DNA from: an uncultured Planctomycetaceae bacterium
GTDB taxonomy: Bacteria > Planctomycetota > Phycisphaerae > SM23-33
Direction: 5' to 3'
DNA: 64,000 nt
NCBI GenBank assembly: GCA_964631565.1
Contig: CAZVYJ010000008.1
Span: 12,192 to 76,191 of the forward strand
The position numbers and the translations under genes were made by a program. Below, piece after piece: positions 55,332-64,000 of this stretch. How positions within the stretch are numbered: position 1 is the stretch's first letter; the number at the start of each line of letters is the position of its first letter. The notes beneath the pieces were generated by a model. That model had not been told where the DNA came from, did not search any database, and worked only from the letters and a program-made list of their open reading frames with translations.

Positions 55332-56150
55332 CTACTTCGGCAACCGGCCCTTGATTATGATTTCATGAATCGCCTTTGCGGCCCCGTCGGCGTCGTGGTG
55401 GTCGGTCACATAGTCGGCCACCGCCTGCACCTCCGGTATGGCGTTCGCCATCGCAACGCCGATTCCCGCCCACTGGAGCATGCCGATGTCGTTGGCGTTA
55501 TCGCCGATGGCCATCACATGTTCCCGGCTGACATGCATCTCGTTCGCGACCGCACGCAGGGCCTGGGCCTTGGAGACAGTCGCATGCATAATCTGCAGGA
55601 GCGTGCCTTCGGTCTGCATGACGACAACCTGGTGCTCGAACTCCCTGAGTATCGCCAAACCGACTTCCCTGAGACGGTCCGGCTCGCCGAGCAGCAGCAG
55701 CTTGGTCATCTGCTGGTCGAACCACTCGTCAACCGGCGCGATCACATCGGGCTTGCAGTGCCTGGCGGTCTCCGTGGCGTATGTCATGTCCAGCCGATCG
55801 GTATACCATTCGTCCATGACCTCGGCCGAGACGAGCACATCCGGATAAAGCGTGCGGGCGAACGTCACCAGCTTCCTGACGTTCTCCGCCGGTATGGGCT
55901 TGTGCAGAATCACGCGACGCGAAAGCGGGTCGTACACCAGCGCGCCGTTGTAATTGATCATCGGCGCCTCAAGCTCCAGCAGATCATAAAACGGCATTAC
56001 CGACCTCGGCGGGCGGGCTGAGGCCAGCACTATGTGCGTGCCGACGTCCCGGCGTGCGGTGCGGATGATGGCCGCCGTGGTGTCGGTTATCTGCTTGGAC
56101 GAGTTCAGGAGCGTCCCGTCAAGGTCTATCGCCACGAGCTGAATTCGCAT
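55332..56150 (-). CDS. Cof-type HAD-IIB family hydrolase
   Basis: VAIDLDGTLL (motif I), ASARP (motif II), GDNANDIGML (motif IV). Confidence 0.8.
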   Translation of the reverse strand: MRIQLVAIDLDGTLLNSSKQITDTTAAIIRTARRDVGTHIVLASARPPRSVMPFYDLLELEAPMINYNGALVYDPLSRRVILHKPIPAENVRKLVTFARTLYPDVLVSAEVMDEWYTDRLDMTYATETARHCKPDVIAPVDEWFDQQMTKLLLLGEPDRLREVGLAILREFEHQVVVMQTEGTLLQIMHATVSKAQALRAVANEMHVSREHVMAIGDNANDIGMLQWAGIGVAMANAIPEVQAVADYVTDHHDADGAAKAIHEIIIKGRLPK

Positions 56151-56328
56151 TGCAACTCCTTCGACCGGCAATAATAATGACCTTCATGCTCTTTGCCCAC
56201 GGTCTTTTGTTGTAAGATAGGGGTTAAAAAACTAGAGTAAGGTGGAACTGTTGCCCTGCCGGAGCGTCATAAATTCCGGACGTAACAATCCGTGAGGTAA
56301 AAAATTATATTCAGTGGAAAGGTCTGCT

Positions 56329-58392
56329 ATGACCATCGCCAAGGCTCTGATATCCATGACGGTTGCTGCCCTTTCAGCCGTTTTTCTCATCAATGCCGAA
56401 CAAGCCGACGCGCAGGTAAGAGCTGCGGTGCCTGTTATGGCACGTCCGGTCAAGGTTGTGCCCGCAGCCGGCGCTGCTGCCGCTTCAGGCAGCACGAACG
56501 TTCACATCAAGAAAAACAGCCAGGTGAACTTCATATACAACATGAAAGACGGAGCGGGCTATAACTGGGACATACAGCGATACGGCAACGTAGGCCAGGG
56601 CACAAACTACGCCTACGGCAGCGGTATGATGTGCACGTTATGGGGCTCGACGGTGCGGTCGAACGACAACACGGCCGCCCTGAATGCCGCAGGAGACGAA
56701 CTGGAACTCGGCCCGTGCCAGGTGAACAACATCAACTGCTATCGCCGGATTAAAGTTTACAAGGACATGGGGCTGGCGCGATGGCTGGATATCTATGAAA
56801 ACAACACCGCCCAGGACATCAGCGTACCGGTGCAGCTGTACATCAATACCAACTGGACCATCTCGCAGACGGTCACGAATTCCGGACAGGCCTCCGTCGG
56901 ACCGGATGACTGGGGCTGCGTCACCCGCAGCGGCGGCAACGCGCCGTGCCTGATGCACATCTTTAGCGACAAACGGGCCAAATTCCGTCCGACCGTGCGA
57001 ATACAGAATAACCAGATCTATGTGCAGTGGGCCAATGTAACCGTGCCCTCAGGAAAGACGGTGATTCTCTGCTACTTCGAGGCCCAGAACACATCGTTTG
57101 ACGAACTGGAAAAAACGATGAATTCGTTCAAGGCATACAAGATGCTGAAGGATCTGCCGATGTCCGTCAGGAAACTAATCCTCAACTTCACGGTTACCGG
57201 CGGCTTCACGGATGTGGACCTGAACCGCAATGAAAAGTCAGACATTGTATTTCTCCGGAACGGCGACGTTATACCATGCTCGATAATTTCCGCCGAATTC
57301 AATGTGGAAACGTTCCTCGGCAAACTCAAGCTGCCCGTGAATGAGATAGTAGGAATGGCGGCGCCTGAAACATCGGATGAAACCACCATGCGGTTCCTCA
57401 TGACCGACGGCCAGGTCATATCCGGCAAAATAAACGAGACGGTGCTGTCGGCAACCGTGGGCGAAAGCGACAAGCTGGAAATACCCATGAATCGCATCGC
57501 CCAGTGGTCGTTCAAAATATCGAAGGAGCGTCCAGAAGACACCGGGATGCCCCTTCCGGCCGTGACGTTAAGAACTGGCGACCAGTTTTCATTCGACCCG
57601 GACTCGCTGGACATAGATTTCCTGACCCGCTACGGATCAGTCAAGCTGAAAGTCGCCGACCTGATGAGCATCCAGATAAGCAACGGTGATAACGATGCGC
57701 ACAGGGTCGTTTTTGCGAACGGCTCGACCATATCGGGGCTTGTCAAGCAGGAAGTCATCAAATTCAAGCTGAAGCTTGGCGCCGAAATAGCCATTCCCCG
57801 CAACCTGATAATGAACATACAGTTCACGGAGGACGAGAAAACCGACGGCACGCTGACGCAGATGGCCCTTGTCGGCGGCGACATGTTTTTCGGCGAGATG
57901 ACCGACGAAAAGCTGCACATACAACTGGACTACGGCACGAGAGAGATAAGCCCCTCAACGGCAAAACTGATAATGGCCCTCGGAGATGGACAGGACAAGT
58001 TCATCATAGACCTTTGGGACGGCGCCCGCCATACCGGCACGCTCAAGGAAGAATACATCGACTTCCAGATATTGCCGGGGCCGAAATTCATGATTCACAC
58101 CAGCCAGATTATCGGCATCGCACGCGCCCAGGCCCTGCCGCCCGATGAGGTAATCAAGAAAGTCGAGGACCTTGTGGCGCGGCTGTCCGCCGAAAGCTTC
58201 GAAGAAAGGGAAAACGCCTCCAAGGAACTCAAGGCGCTCGGCAAGAGCATAGTTCCCCTGCTGGAAAAACACCTCAAGAACAAGGACCCGGAAGTGCGCC
58301 AGCGGATACAGGATATCATCGAAAGCCTGAATGACGGTTCGGCCAATCCCGGCGACCCGAATCCGCCAATGATTATGTTTAACAGGATGTAA
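56329..58392 (+). CDS. Large secreted repeat protein, paralog A (unknown family; C-terminal HEAT-like helix pair)
   Basis: Signal peptide MTIAKALISMTVAALSAVFLINA. ~270-aa N-domain, then ~35-aa repeats of the pattern G.xISG.x...x.L.IP...I..I.F. C-terminus EERENASKELKALGKSIVPLLEKHLKNKDPEVRQRIQDIIESL. GGAAAGG RBS before the ATG at 56329. Confidence 0.6.
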   Translation: MTIAKALISMTVAALSAVFLINAEQADAQVRAAVPVMARPVKVVPAAGAAAASGSTNVHIKKNSQVNFIYNMKDGAGYNWDIQRYGNVGQGTNYAYGSGMMCTLWGSTVRSNDNTAALNAAGDELELGPCQVNNINCYRRIKVYKDMGLARWLDIYENNTAQDISVPVQLYINTNWTISQTVTNSGQASVGPDDWGCVTRSGGNAPCLMHIFSDKRAKFRPTVRIQNNQIYVQWANVTVPSGKTVILCYFEAQNTSFDELEKTMNSFKAYKMLKDLPMSVRKLILNFTVTGGFTDVDLNRNEKSDIVFLRNGDVIPCSIISAEFNVETFLGKLKLPVNEIVGMAAPETSDETTMRFLMTDGQVISGKINETVLSATVGESDKLEIPMNRIAQWSFKISKERPEDTGMPLPAVTLRTGDQFSFDPDSLDIDFLTRYGSVKLKVADLMSIQISNGDNDAHRVVFANGSTISGLVKQEVIKFKLKLGAEIAIPRNLIMNIQFTEDEKTDGTLTQMALVGGDMFFGEMTDEKLHIQLDYGTREISPSTAKLIMALGDGQDKFIIDLWDGARHTGTLKEEYIDFQILPGPKFMIHTSQIIGIARAQALPPDEVIKKVEDLVARLSAESFEERENASKELKALGKSIVPLLEKHLKNKDPEVRQRIQDIIESLNDGSANPGDPNPPMIMFNRM

Positions 58393-58445
58393 ATAAAACA
58401 CCGCATGAAATGCACGAATCGGACATCACAGCAAGGAATATCTTA

Positions 58446-60491
58446 ATGAAAAATATACAGATTGGTCTTATCGGTGTCGCGGTGCTTATGGCGGCGGCGA
58501 TTACAGCGTCAGGCGGCAGCGATGATATACACATCACAAGCAGTCAGACCGTGAACGACTGGTGGCGAATCAATGACGCCGGATATCTGTGGGACATCTA
58601 CACCGGCGGCGGGCACATCAACACCGGAACCAATAATGCATACAGCGGATCGATGCTGCTTCAGGTGAATAACGCCCAGATGGGCGTCCAGGCGACGGCG
58701 AAAATCAACAAGGAGGGAGACGAAATAGAAATCGGCCCGTGGACGCAGGGAGCGATTAACGTCTACCGGAGGGTATATGTTGACAGAAAAATGTCATACG
58801 CCAGGTGGATAGATATTTTCGAAAACACCTCCGATTCGCTGCAGAAGCTGGATGTCAGGGTCCGTTACAACATGGGCAGTCCGACTCAGCAGATATACAC
58901 GACGCTCGGCCAGGCACAGATAACCGACAAGGACTGGGGACTGATAACACTTCCAGATGAAAAATCAGGCCAGCCATACGTCGCCCACATATTCGCCGGG
59001 AAGAACGCGAAATTCCGCCCGTCCCTTCAGATTAATATCGGCAGCAACACCCACTGGTGCATTTCGCAGTTGGAAATTCCGGCGAAGAAGGCCGTCGCGT
59101 TATGCTACTTCGAATCGCAGCATAACATGTATGAAGACGCTAAGAAATTCCTGGGAAACTTTAACCCTGCGCGAGAGACGAGGAAAATCCCGGCTGCACT
59201 GAGGGGAATAATCCTCAACATGGAAAGCAATCTGCTCACTCTCGGCTCGCTGGAACTGCCCAGGAAGGAAAACGCCGATTTTGCGGTTCTCGATAACGGC
59301 AACGAGATTACCGGAACGATAATAAACGATAAATTTTCGCTGGAAACGCCATTCGGCAAAGTTGAACTGCCGGCCGACCGTGTCATAGGGTTCCAATCGG
59401 ACCCGACCAGCAAGGAATTTGTGCAGGCGGGTTTGGTTGACGGCCAGATAGTTTCAGGCAAACTGATCAGCGGGCCGATTAAAATCAGGCTTTCTGAAGG
59501 CTACGAAATCCCCCTGTCGCCGGGCAAATTTGCAACAGCAACGTTCATGGTTTCCGACAAACGCCCTGCTGAAATCCCGCAGCCTGATAAGGCGATGATT
59601 GTTCTGCTGCGTGGACAGCAGTTCTTCTTCGATACGACGGAAATTGAATACGTGTTCCAGACGGAGCACGGCGAGCTTAAACTCTCCTCCGACAATCTGC
59701 GGACAATTTATCTCACCGGGCACGAAGGCAGCATGCACATGGCGGAGCTGGCGAACGGAACGATGCTGTCAGGGCTGCTGACGACGGAAAAAATCAAACT
59801 CAAGCTCGAACTCGGCCTGACCATGGAGATATCCAGGCAGTCCGTGGCGAGACTCATTTTCCCCAAGGGCGAACTCAAGGAACAGCCGCCGTGGAACATC
59901 TTACTGAATAACAACAACGAGCTTTTCGGCACACTGGCGACCGAGTCGCTCGTGATAAACTCGGACAACACGCCGGTCACCATAAAAACCGACGATATCG
60001 CATCCGCCGAGTTCGACCCCGAAGCCATGAATATCGTCACGGTGAAACTGTTCAACGGCACGGCCATCACTGGCTCGGTGCAGACGGATAAAATTACTGT
60101 CCAGCTGCAGCCGAACCTGAAGCTGGATATCCACACAACGCATATTTCCGTGATGACGCACATGCCGCCGCCCCCGCCGCAACCGGAAACCACGACAACC
60201 TTGCCCGATGCTGCGACACCTGCGCCTGACGGAACGACGCCCCCTCATGCTGCGTCTTCGTTAACTGACGAAGAAAAAGCCAAAATAAATGAGGAACTTA
60301 GGAGGATGGAGGCTGAACTGAATGCGTTACAACAGGCTGCTGTATCGCTGGCGGACCAGCAGCAAAAAATGATCAGCGAGGGCAAAAAAGCGGCGGCCGC
60401 GGAAGTCGTCGCGAAACTGGAAAAAGTAAAGTCGCAGATGGCCGAAGTTCAAAAGAAGTTTGCCGAGCTCAAGGCAATGCTGGACAGTTAG
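58446..60491 (+). CDS. Large secreted repeat protein, paralog B (unknown family; Pro-rich linker + C-terminal coiled coil)
   Basis: Collinear with paralog A over the N-domain (e.g. ARW[LI]DI[YF]EN, NAKFRP, LCYFE[AS]Q, GIILN/KLILN) and the repeat region. C-terminal PPPPPQPETTTTLP... then an EELRRMEAELNALQQA coiled coil. AAGGAA RBS before the ATG at 58446. Confidence 0.6.
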   Translation: MKNIQIGLIGVAVLMAAAITASGGSDDIHITSSQTVNDWWRINDAGYLWDIYTGGGHINTGTNNAYSGSMLLQVNNAQMGVQATAKINKEGDEIEIGPWTQGAINVYRRVYVDRKMSYARWIDIFENTSDSLQKLDVRVRYNMGSPTQQIYTTLGQAQITDKDWGLITLPDEKSGQPYVAHIFAGKNAKFRPSLQINIGSNTHWCISQLEIPAKKAVALCYFESQHNMYEDAKKFLGNFNPARETRKIPAALRGIILNMESNLLTLGSLELPRKENADFAVLDNGNEITGTIINDKFSLETPFGKVELPADRVIGFQSDPTSKEFVQAGLVDGQIVSGKLISGPIKIRLSEGYEIPLSPGKFATATFMVSDKRPAEIPQPDKAMIVLLRGQQFFFDTTEIEYVFQTEHGELKLSSDNLRTIYLTGHEGSMHMAELANGTMLSGLLTTEKIKLKLELGLTMEISRQSVARLIFPKGELKEQPPWNILLNNNNELFGTLATESLVINSDNTPVTIKTDDIASAEFDPEAMNIVTVKLFNGTAITGSVQTDKITVQLQPNLKLDIHTTHISVMTHMPPPPPQPETTTTLPDAATPAPDGTTPPHAASSLTDEEKAKINEELRRMEAELNALQQAAVSLADQQQKMISEGKKAAAAEVVAKLEKVKSQMAEVQKKFAELKAMLDS

Positions 60492-60508
60492 CTTCAATTT
60501 GCTCTGTT

Positions 60509-60535
60509 CAGGCATACTCTAAGTGAGTATGCCTG
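60509..60535. terminator. Perfect 11-bp stem hairpin (CAGGCATACTC-taagt-GAGTATGCCTG) between convergent genes
   Basis: Seen directly. No strong T-run, so intrinsic-terminator status is uncertain. Confidence 0.35.
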
Positions 60536-60579
60536 GGGATTCACTTCCGCAAACCTGCAATGTGCAACTCATGTTTTTC

Positions 60580-61656
60580 TCAATACTTCCCGTATTTTTT
60601 CGCCGCTTCGTACATTGCGACGACATTTTCCGTCGGCGAATTCGACTGGAGCATGTGCGTCGGCGACAGCGCGTATCCGCCGCCGGGCTTCATTATTTCC
60701 AGCGTTTCGCGGACGTTTTTCACCACGTCGTCCACTGTGCCGTAAGCGACCGGGCCGGCCGTCGATATCATGCCGTGAAAACTCAGCCTGCTGCCGAACT
60801 TTTCCTTGAGGTACGCCGGGGCCATGTTCGCCGCTTCCGGCTGAAGCGTATCGACGACGCTGATTCCCATCTCGATGAAATCTTCAAATGCCCAGCTGCT
60901 GGACCCGCAGGAATGTATCATCACCGGGATGCCGTACTGTTTGCCGAGGTCCACGTATTTCTGCAGCCGCGGACGGATATGCTTGCGGAAAATCGCAGGG
61001 CTTATCATCGGTCCGATCTGCGTGCCGAGGTCTTCGCCGATCCACAGCACGTCTATCCGGCCGTCTGCGGCTTCGAGCGTTCTGCGCAGGACTTCGACCT
61101 TGATGTCGTTCTTGCGGTCGATGAGCAGCAGGCCGGCCGGGTCGTCGGTTATCAGGTCAACCAGCACCTGCTCCATGGTTCGCATCATGCCGCTGCTGTT
61201 TATGATGTCGCCGAAGCCGGGATGTCCGGTAATTATGCAGTAGTCTTTGTATTTCCTGCATGCCGGGACCACCACAGAATAATCGTAATCGTCCGGTGAC
61301 GGCATGGGCCAGGCTTCGACCTCTTCCACCGTAGCGTTGGCAAGCGGCCAGTCGCAGTAGTCCATGTACCCGCCCGATTCGTGCTCTACCCATCGCATGC
61401 GGATGCCCCATGCGGCATCGACGCTCAACCCCTCTATTTCGGCGTGCAGCCTCGGGCCGATATACGGCACGTAAACGCGGCGAAAATCCACGCCGAGCTT
61501 TTCAAGCAGGCCGTCGTTGTCATCCTTGGCCAGGCCGAAATGCTCCTTCAGCCTCAGGTCAATCTCCGGATTTGCTTCGTAATCAATCGGAACACGATCC
61601 GGCTCGATGTGTGAAAACGCCGTGCAGACTCTTTTCTTCGAATTCATCGCGAACAC
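60580..61656 (-). CDS. Uroporphyrinogen decarboxylase (URO-D) family protein (methyltransferase MtaA/CmuA-like branch)
   Basis: 358 aa TIM-barrel family pattern, e.g. VPIDYEANPE...GHPGFGDIINSSGMMRTMEQVLVDL...MIHSCGSS...DTLQPEAANM. Confidence 0.75.
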   Translation of the reverse strand: MFAMNSKKRVCTAFSHIEPDRVPIDYEANPEIDLRLKEHFGLAKDDNDGLLEKLGVDFRRVYVPYIGPRLHAEIEGLSVDAAWGIRMRWVEHESGGYMDYCDWPLANATVEEVEAWPMPSPDDYDYSVVVPACRKYKDYCIITGHPGFGDIINSSGMMRTMEQVLVDLITDDPAGLLLIDRKNDIKVEVLRRTLEAADGRIDVLWIGEDLGTQIGPMISPAIFRKHIRPRLQKYVDLGKQYGIPVMIHSCGSSSWAFEDFIEMGISVVDTLQPEAANMAPAYLKEKFGSRLSFHGMISTAGPVAYGTVDDVVKNVRETLEIMKPGGGYALSPTHMLQSNSPTENVVAMYEAAKKYGKY

Positions 61657-61722
61657 CTTTCTGCAAATCTCGATGAAACTTCAACCGGCGCCGGATCCCG
61701 GAAGTTTTCCTGTTGCTGATAA

Positions 61723-63522
61723 TTAATCTCCAGAAGATTCCAGAATAGCCAGGAACGCCTTCTGCGGAATTTCCACGTTCCCGACCATTTTCATGCGTTT
61801 TTTGCCCTCTTTCTGTTTTTCAAGCAGTTTGCGTTTTCTCGTCACGTCGCCGCCGTAGCACTTGGCGAGAACGTTCTTCCGCAGGGCCTTGATGGTTTCA
61901 CGGGCGATAACCTTCGTGCCGATAGCAGCCTGGAGCGGTATTTCGAACAGGTGCCTGCTGATTTCCTTCCGCAGCCGCTGGATTATCTGCCGCCCGCGGA
62001 TGTCCGCCTTGCTGCGATGGATAATGGTCGACAGCGCGTCGACTTTCTGGTTGTTGACGAGAATGTCCATCTTGACCAGGTCGTTGGCCCTGAAGCCGGC
62101 CATTTCGTAGTCCATCGTGCCGTAGCCGCGCGTGGCGCTCTTGAGCTTGTCGTAGAAATCGTAAATTATCTCCGCCAGCGGAAAGTCGTACGTCAGTATG
62201 ACCCTGTCTGACGATAGATATTCGGTTTTCCTGTACACGCCGCGACGTTCCTCGGAGAGCTTCATTATCGCCCCGATGGAGTCGGACGGCACGATGAGGT
62301 CAACCTTAACGAACGGCTCGCGTATTTCCTCGATGTAGTTCGGCTCAGGCATGTCGCCTGCGGAATCGACTTCCTTCAACTCGCCCTTGGTGGTGAGCAC
62401 CTGATACGGAACTGTCGGGGCGGTCTGAACCACCTGTATGCCGTACTCGCGTTCCAGACGCTCCTGGACAATCTCCATGTGCAGCATGCCGAGGAACCCG
62501 CAGCGGAATCCGAACCCGAGCGAATCGGCGCTGATTGCCTGGAACGTCAGCGACGAATCATTAAGCTGCAGCTTTTCCAGCGCCTCGCGAAGCTCTGGGA
62601 ACTGCGTTGTCGTGCCGGGATAAAAATCGCTGAAAACCATCTGCTGAGGCGGGCGGTATCCGGGCAGCGCCTTGGCCGCAGGATTGTCCGCCAGCGTAAT
62701 CGTGTCTCCGACGTGCACGTCGGCGATGGTTTTGACATTCGCCACAACGTAGCCGACCTCGCCGGCCGACAGCGAGTCGCACCGCACCGGGCGCGGGCAG
62801 AACTTGCCTATTTCGCAAATCTGGTACACGCCGCCGGTGCCCATCATGCGTATTCTCTGCCCGACGCTGAGCGACCCGTCGAACAGCCGCACGTAAACAA
62901 TGACGCCGCGATAGTCATCATAGTTGCTGTCGAATATCAGGGCGGTCGTGGCAGCCTGCGGGTCGCCGCTCGGCGGCGGAAGCTGCGTGACTATGGCATC
63001 CAGCATTTCATCCACCCCCTCGCCTGTCTTGGCCGACGTGAAAATGCAGTCCTCAGCCGGCTTCTTGATGAGATGCTCCACCTCCATGGCGACATCTTCA
63101 GGCCGGGCAGCAGGCAGGTCTATCTTGTTAATCACGGGTACAAGGGTCAGGTTGTTCCTGGTCGCCAGATGTGCATTCGCGACCGTCTGGGCCTCAACGC
63201 CCTGCGCGGCGTCGACGACCAGCAGCGCACCCTCGCACGCGGTTAGCGACCTGCTGACCTCGTAGTGAAAGTCCACGTGGCCCGGCGTGTCGATGAGGTT
63301 GAGCATGTAAGTCTCCCCCTCGTACTCATAATTGATGGTGACAGCCGAAGCCTTGATGGTTATGCCTCGCTCCCGTTCCAGGTCCATGTCATCGAGCATC
63401 TGCTCGTGGAATTCGCGTGTGCTTATCGCGCCGGTGCGCAGCAGCATCCGGTCGGCGAGAGTGCTCTTGCCGTGGTCTATGTGGGCGATGATGCTGAAAT
63501 TACGTATGTGCTTCAAATCCAT
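61723..63522 (-). CDS. lepA: Elongation factor 4
   Basis: IRNFSIIAHIDHGKSTLADR (G1), DTPGHVDF (G3), NKID (G4), and the LepA-specific C-terminal domain. Confidence 0.95.
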   Translation of the reverse strand: MDLKHIRNFSIIAHIDHGKSTLADRMLLRTGAISTREFHEQMLDDMDLERERGITIKASAVTINYEYEGETYMLNLIDTPGHVDFHYEVSRSLTACEGALLVVDAAQGVEAQTVANAHLATRNNLTLVPVINKIDLPAARPEDVAMEVEHLIKKPAEDCIFTSAKTGEGVDEMLDAIVTQLPPPSGDPQAATTALIFDSNYDDYRGVIVYVRLFDGSLSVGQRIRMMGTGGVYQICEIGKFCPRPVRCDSLSAGEVGYVVANVKTIADVHVGDTITLADNPAAKALPGYRPPQQMVFSDFYPGTTTQFPELREALEKLQLNDSSLTFQAISADSLGFGFRCGFLGMLHMEIVQERLEREYGIQVVQTAPTVPYQVLTTKGELKEVDSAGDMPEPNYIEEIREPFVKVDLIVPSDSIGAIMKLSEERRGVYRKTEYLSSDRVILTYDFPLAEIIYDFYDKLKSATRGYGTMDYEMAGFRANDLVKMDILVNNQKVDALSTIIHRSKADIRGRQIIQRLRKEISRHLFEIPLQAAIGTKVIARETIKALRKNVLAKCYGGDVTRKRKLLEKQKEGKKRMKMVGNVEIPQKAFLAILESSGD

Positions 63523-63652
63523 TCCGGGGATTGTAACGAATCGTACGAAAGTAACAAGCGGTTAGAACGGAATCGGCTTTTCTGCGGCATCCGGCTTACA
63601 CTCGGTAATGGCCGATTCGATGCATCAAATCCGAATCCGCCCAGTAAAACCT

Positions 63653-64000
63653 CTAGTCTCCTCCCAGCCCCGCCGTTGCCGCCGCGGTATAAGTCGGTCC
63701 GTCAGGAGAAAGCACGCTGGTATAAATGACGATTTCATCGCATCCCTGTATGCCAAAATCGGTTTCCGCCGATTCGGCGACCGCGCTGCGGACGGCGTCG
63801 GCATGCGCGACGGATTTGACCCGCCCCAGCGTCAGGTGCGGGCTGAATTTCCGGTGTTCACGCGGGAACCCGAGCGTTTCCATCGCGTCTTCCAATGCGG
63901 CGTTCAGCGAGGCCAGCCCGCCCGACTGGTCATCAACGCCCGCCCAGATCATTCGAAGCTGCCTGCCCGCAGTCGGCTGGCATGACAGGCCGGTTATGGA
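63653..64000 (-). CDS. thpR: RNA 2',3'-cyclic phosphodiesterase (2H phosphoesterase, ThpR/LigT). The N-terminus lies beyond the window end.
   Basis: The second H-x-T-x motif HLTLGR is present. The first motif should lie beyond coordinate 64000. Sequence-only assignment. Confidence 0.65.
   Translation of the reverse strand, partial: SITGLSCQPTAGRQLRMIWAGVDDQSGGLASLNAALEDAMETLGFPREHRKFSPHLTLGRVKSVAHADAVRSAVAESAETDFGIQGCDEIVIYTSVLSPDGPTYTAAATAGLGGD

Noticed and set aside
53984-56021. Plus-strand ORFs opposite hisD and the Cof hydrolase (53984-54826, 54963-56021)
   Set aside because: They are antisense to genes with clear HisD and HAD motifs.
62479-63246. 255-aa plus-strand ORF opposite lepA
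   Set aside because: lepA is unambiguous (G1-G4 GTPase motifs). The antisense ORF is not supported.
1-64000. tRNA or rRNA genes
   Set aside because: No segment shows the conserved T-loop (GGTTCGAATCC-like) or acceptor-stem pairing. The intergenic gaps are too short or too unstructured. None reported.

Overview
This is a high-GC (~60%) bacterial chromosomal segment, densely coded on both strands. It has no rRNA or tRNA genes, no CRISPR array and no recognisable transposase or integrase. The gene content points to a Planctomycetota-like organism (possibly Phycisphaerae-like), but this is inference from motifs only, with no database search. The cues are two PEP-CTERM sorting-signal proteins, a HYExAFE-family protein, and a 'four-helix-bundle / 23S rRNA intervening-sequence protein' gene sitting inside a his operon.

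Most genes are housekeeping. They include a Wzm/Wzt-type polysaccharide ABC exporter with GT4 and GT2 glycosyltransferases, lnt, the cell-shape genes mreB/mreC/mreD/mrdA/rodA, cinA, larC, scpB, acpS, lpxB, rhaB, class I mannose-6-phosphate isomerase, bioB, hisS, rpmH, dnaK, rsmE, hisBCD and lepA.

The points most worth a second look are:
- A tandem pair of ~690-aa paralogous secreted repeat proteins of unknown family (56.3-60.5 kb).
- A dispersed family of degenerate 7-bp tandem repeat arrays at gene boundaries. Two ~100-bp MITE-like copies share an exact 17-mer, and inverted heptamer repeats bracket the four-helix-bundle gene inserted between hisD and hisC.
- An orphan cysteine-less HypA-like protein with a hydrogenase maturation protease, co-oriented with and downstream of the his genes, with no hydrogenase in the window.
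- A gene cluster made of a HYExAFE (PD-(D/E)xK-like) protein, a small membrane protein and two paralogous small secreted proteins.
- An interrupted mre cluster, with a coiled-coil membrane protein directly upstream of mreB.
- Two unusually long AT-richer non-coding regions (23.1-23.7 kb and 34.9-35.5 kb).

Many long ORFs in the six-frame track are antisense to these genes; I judge them spurious high-GC artefacts.
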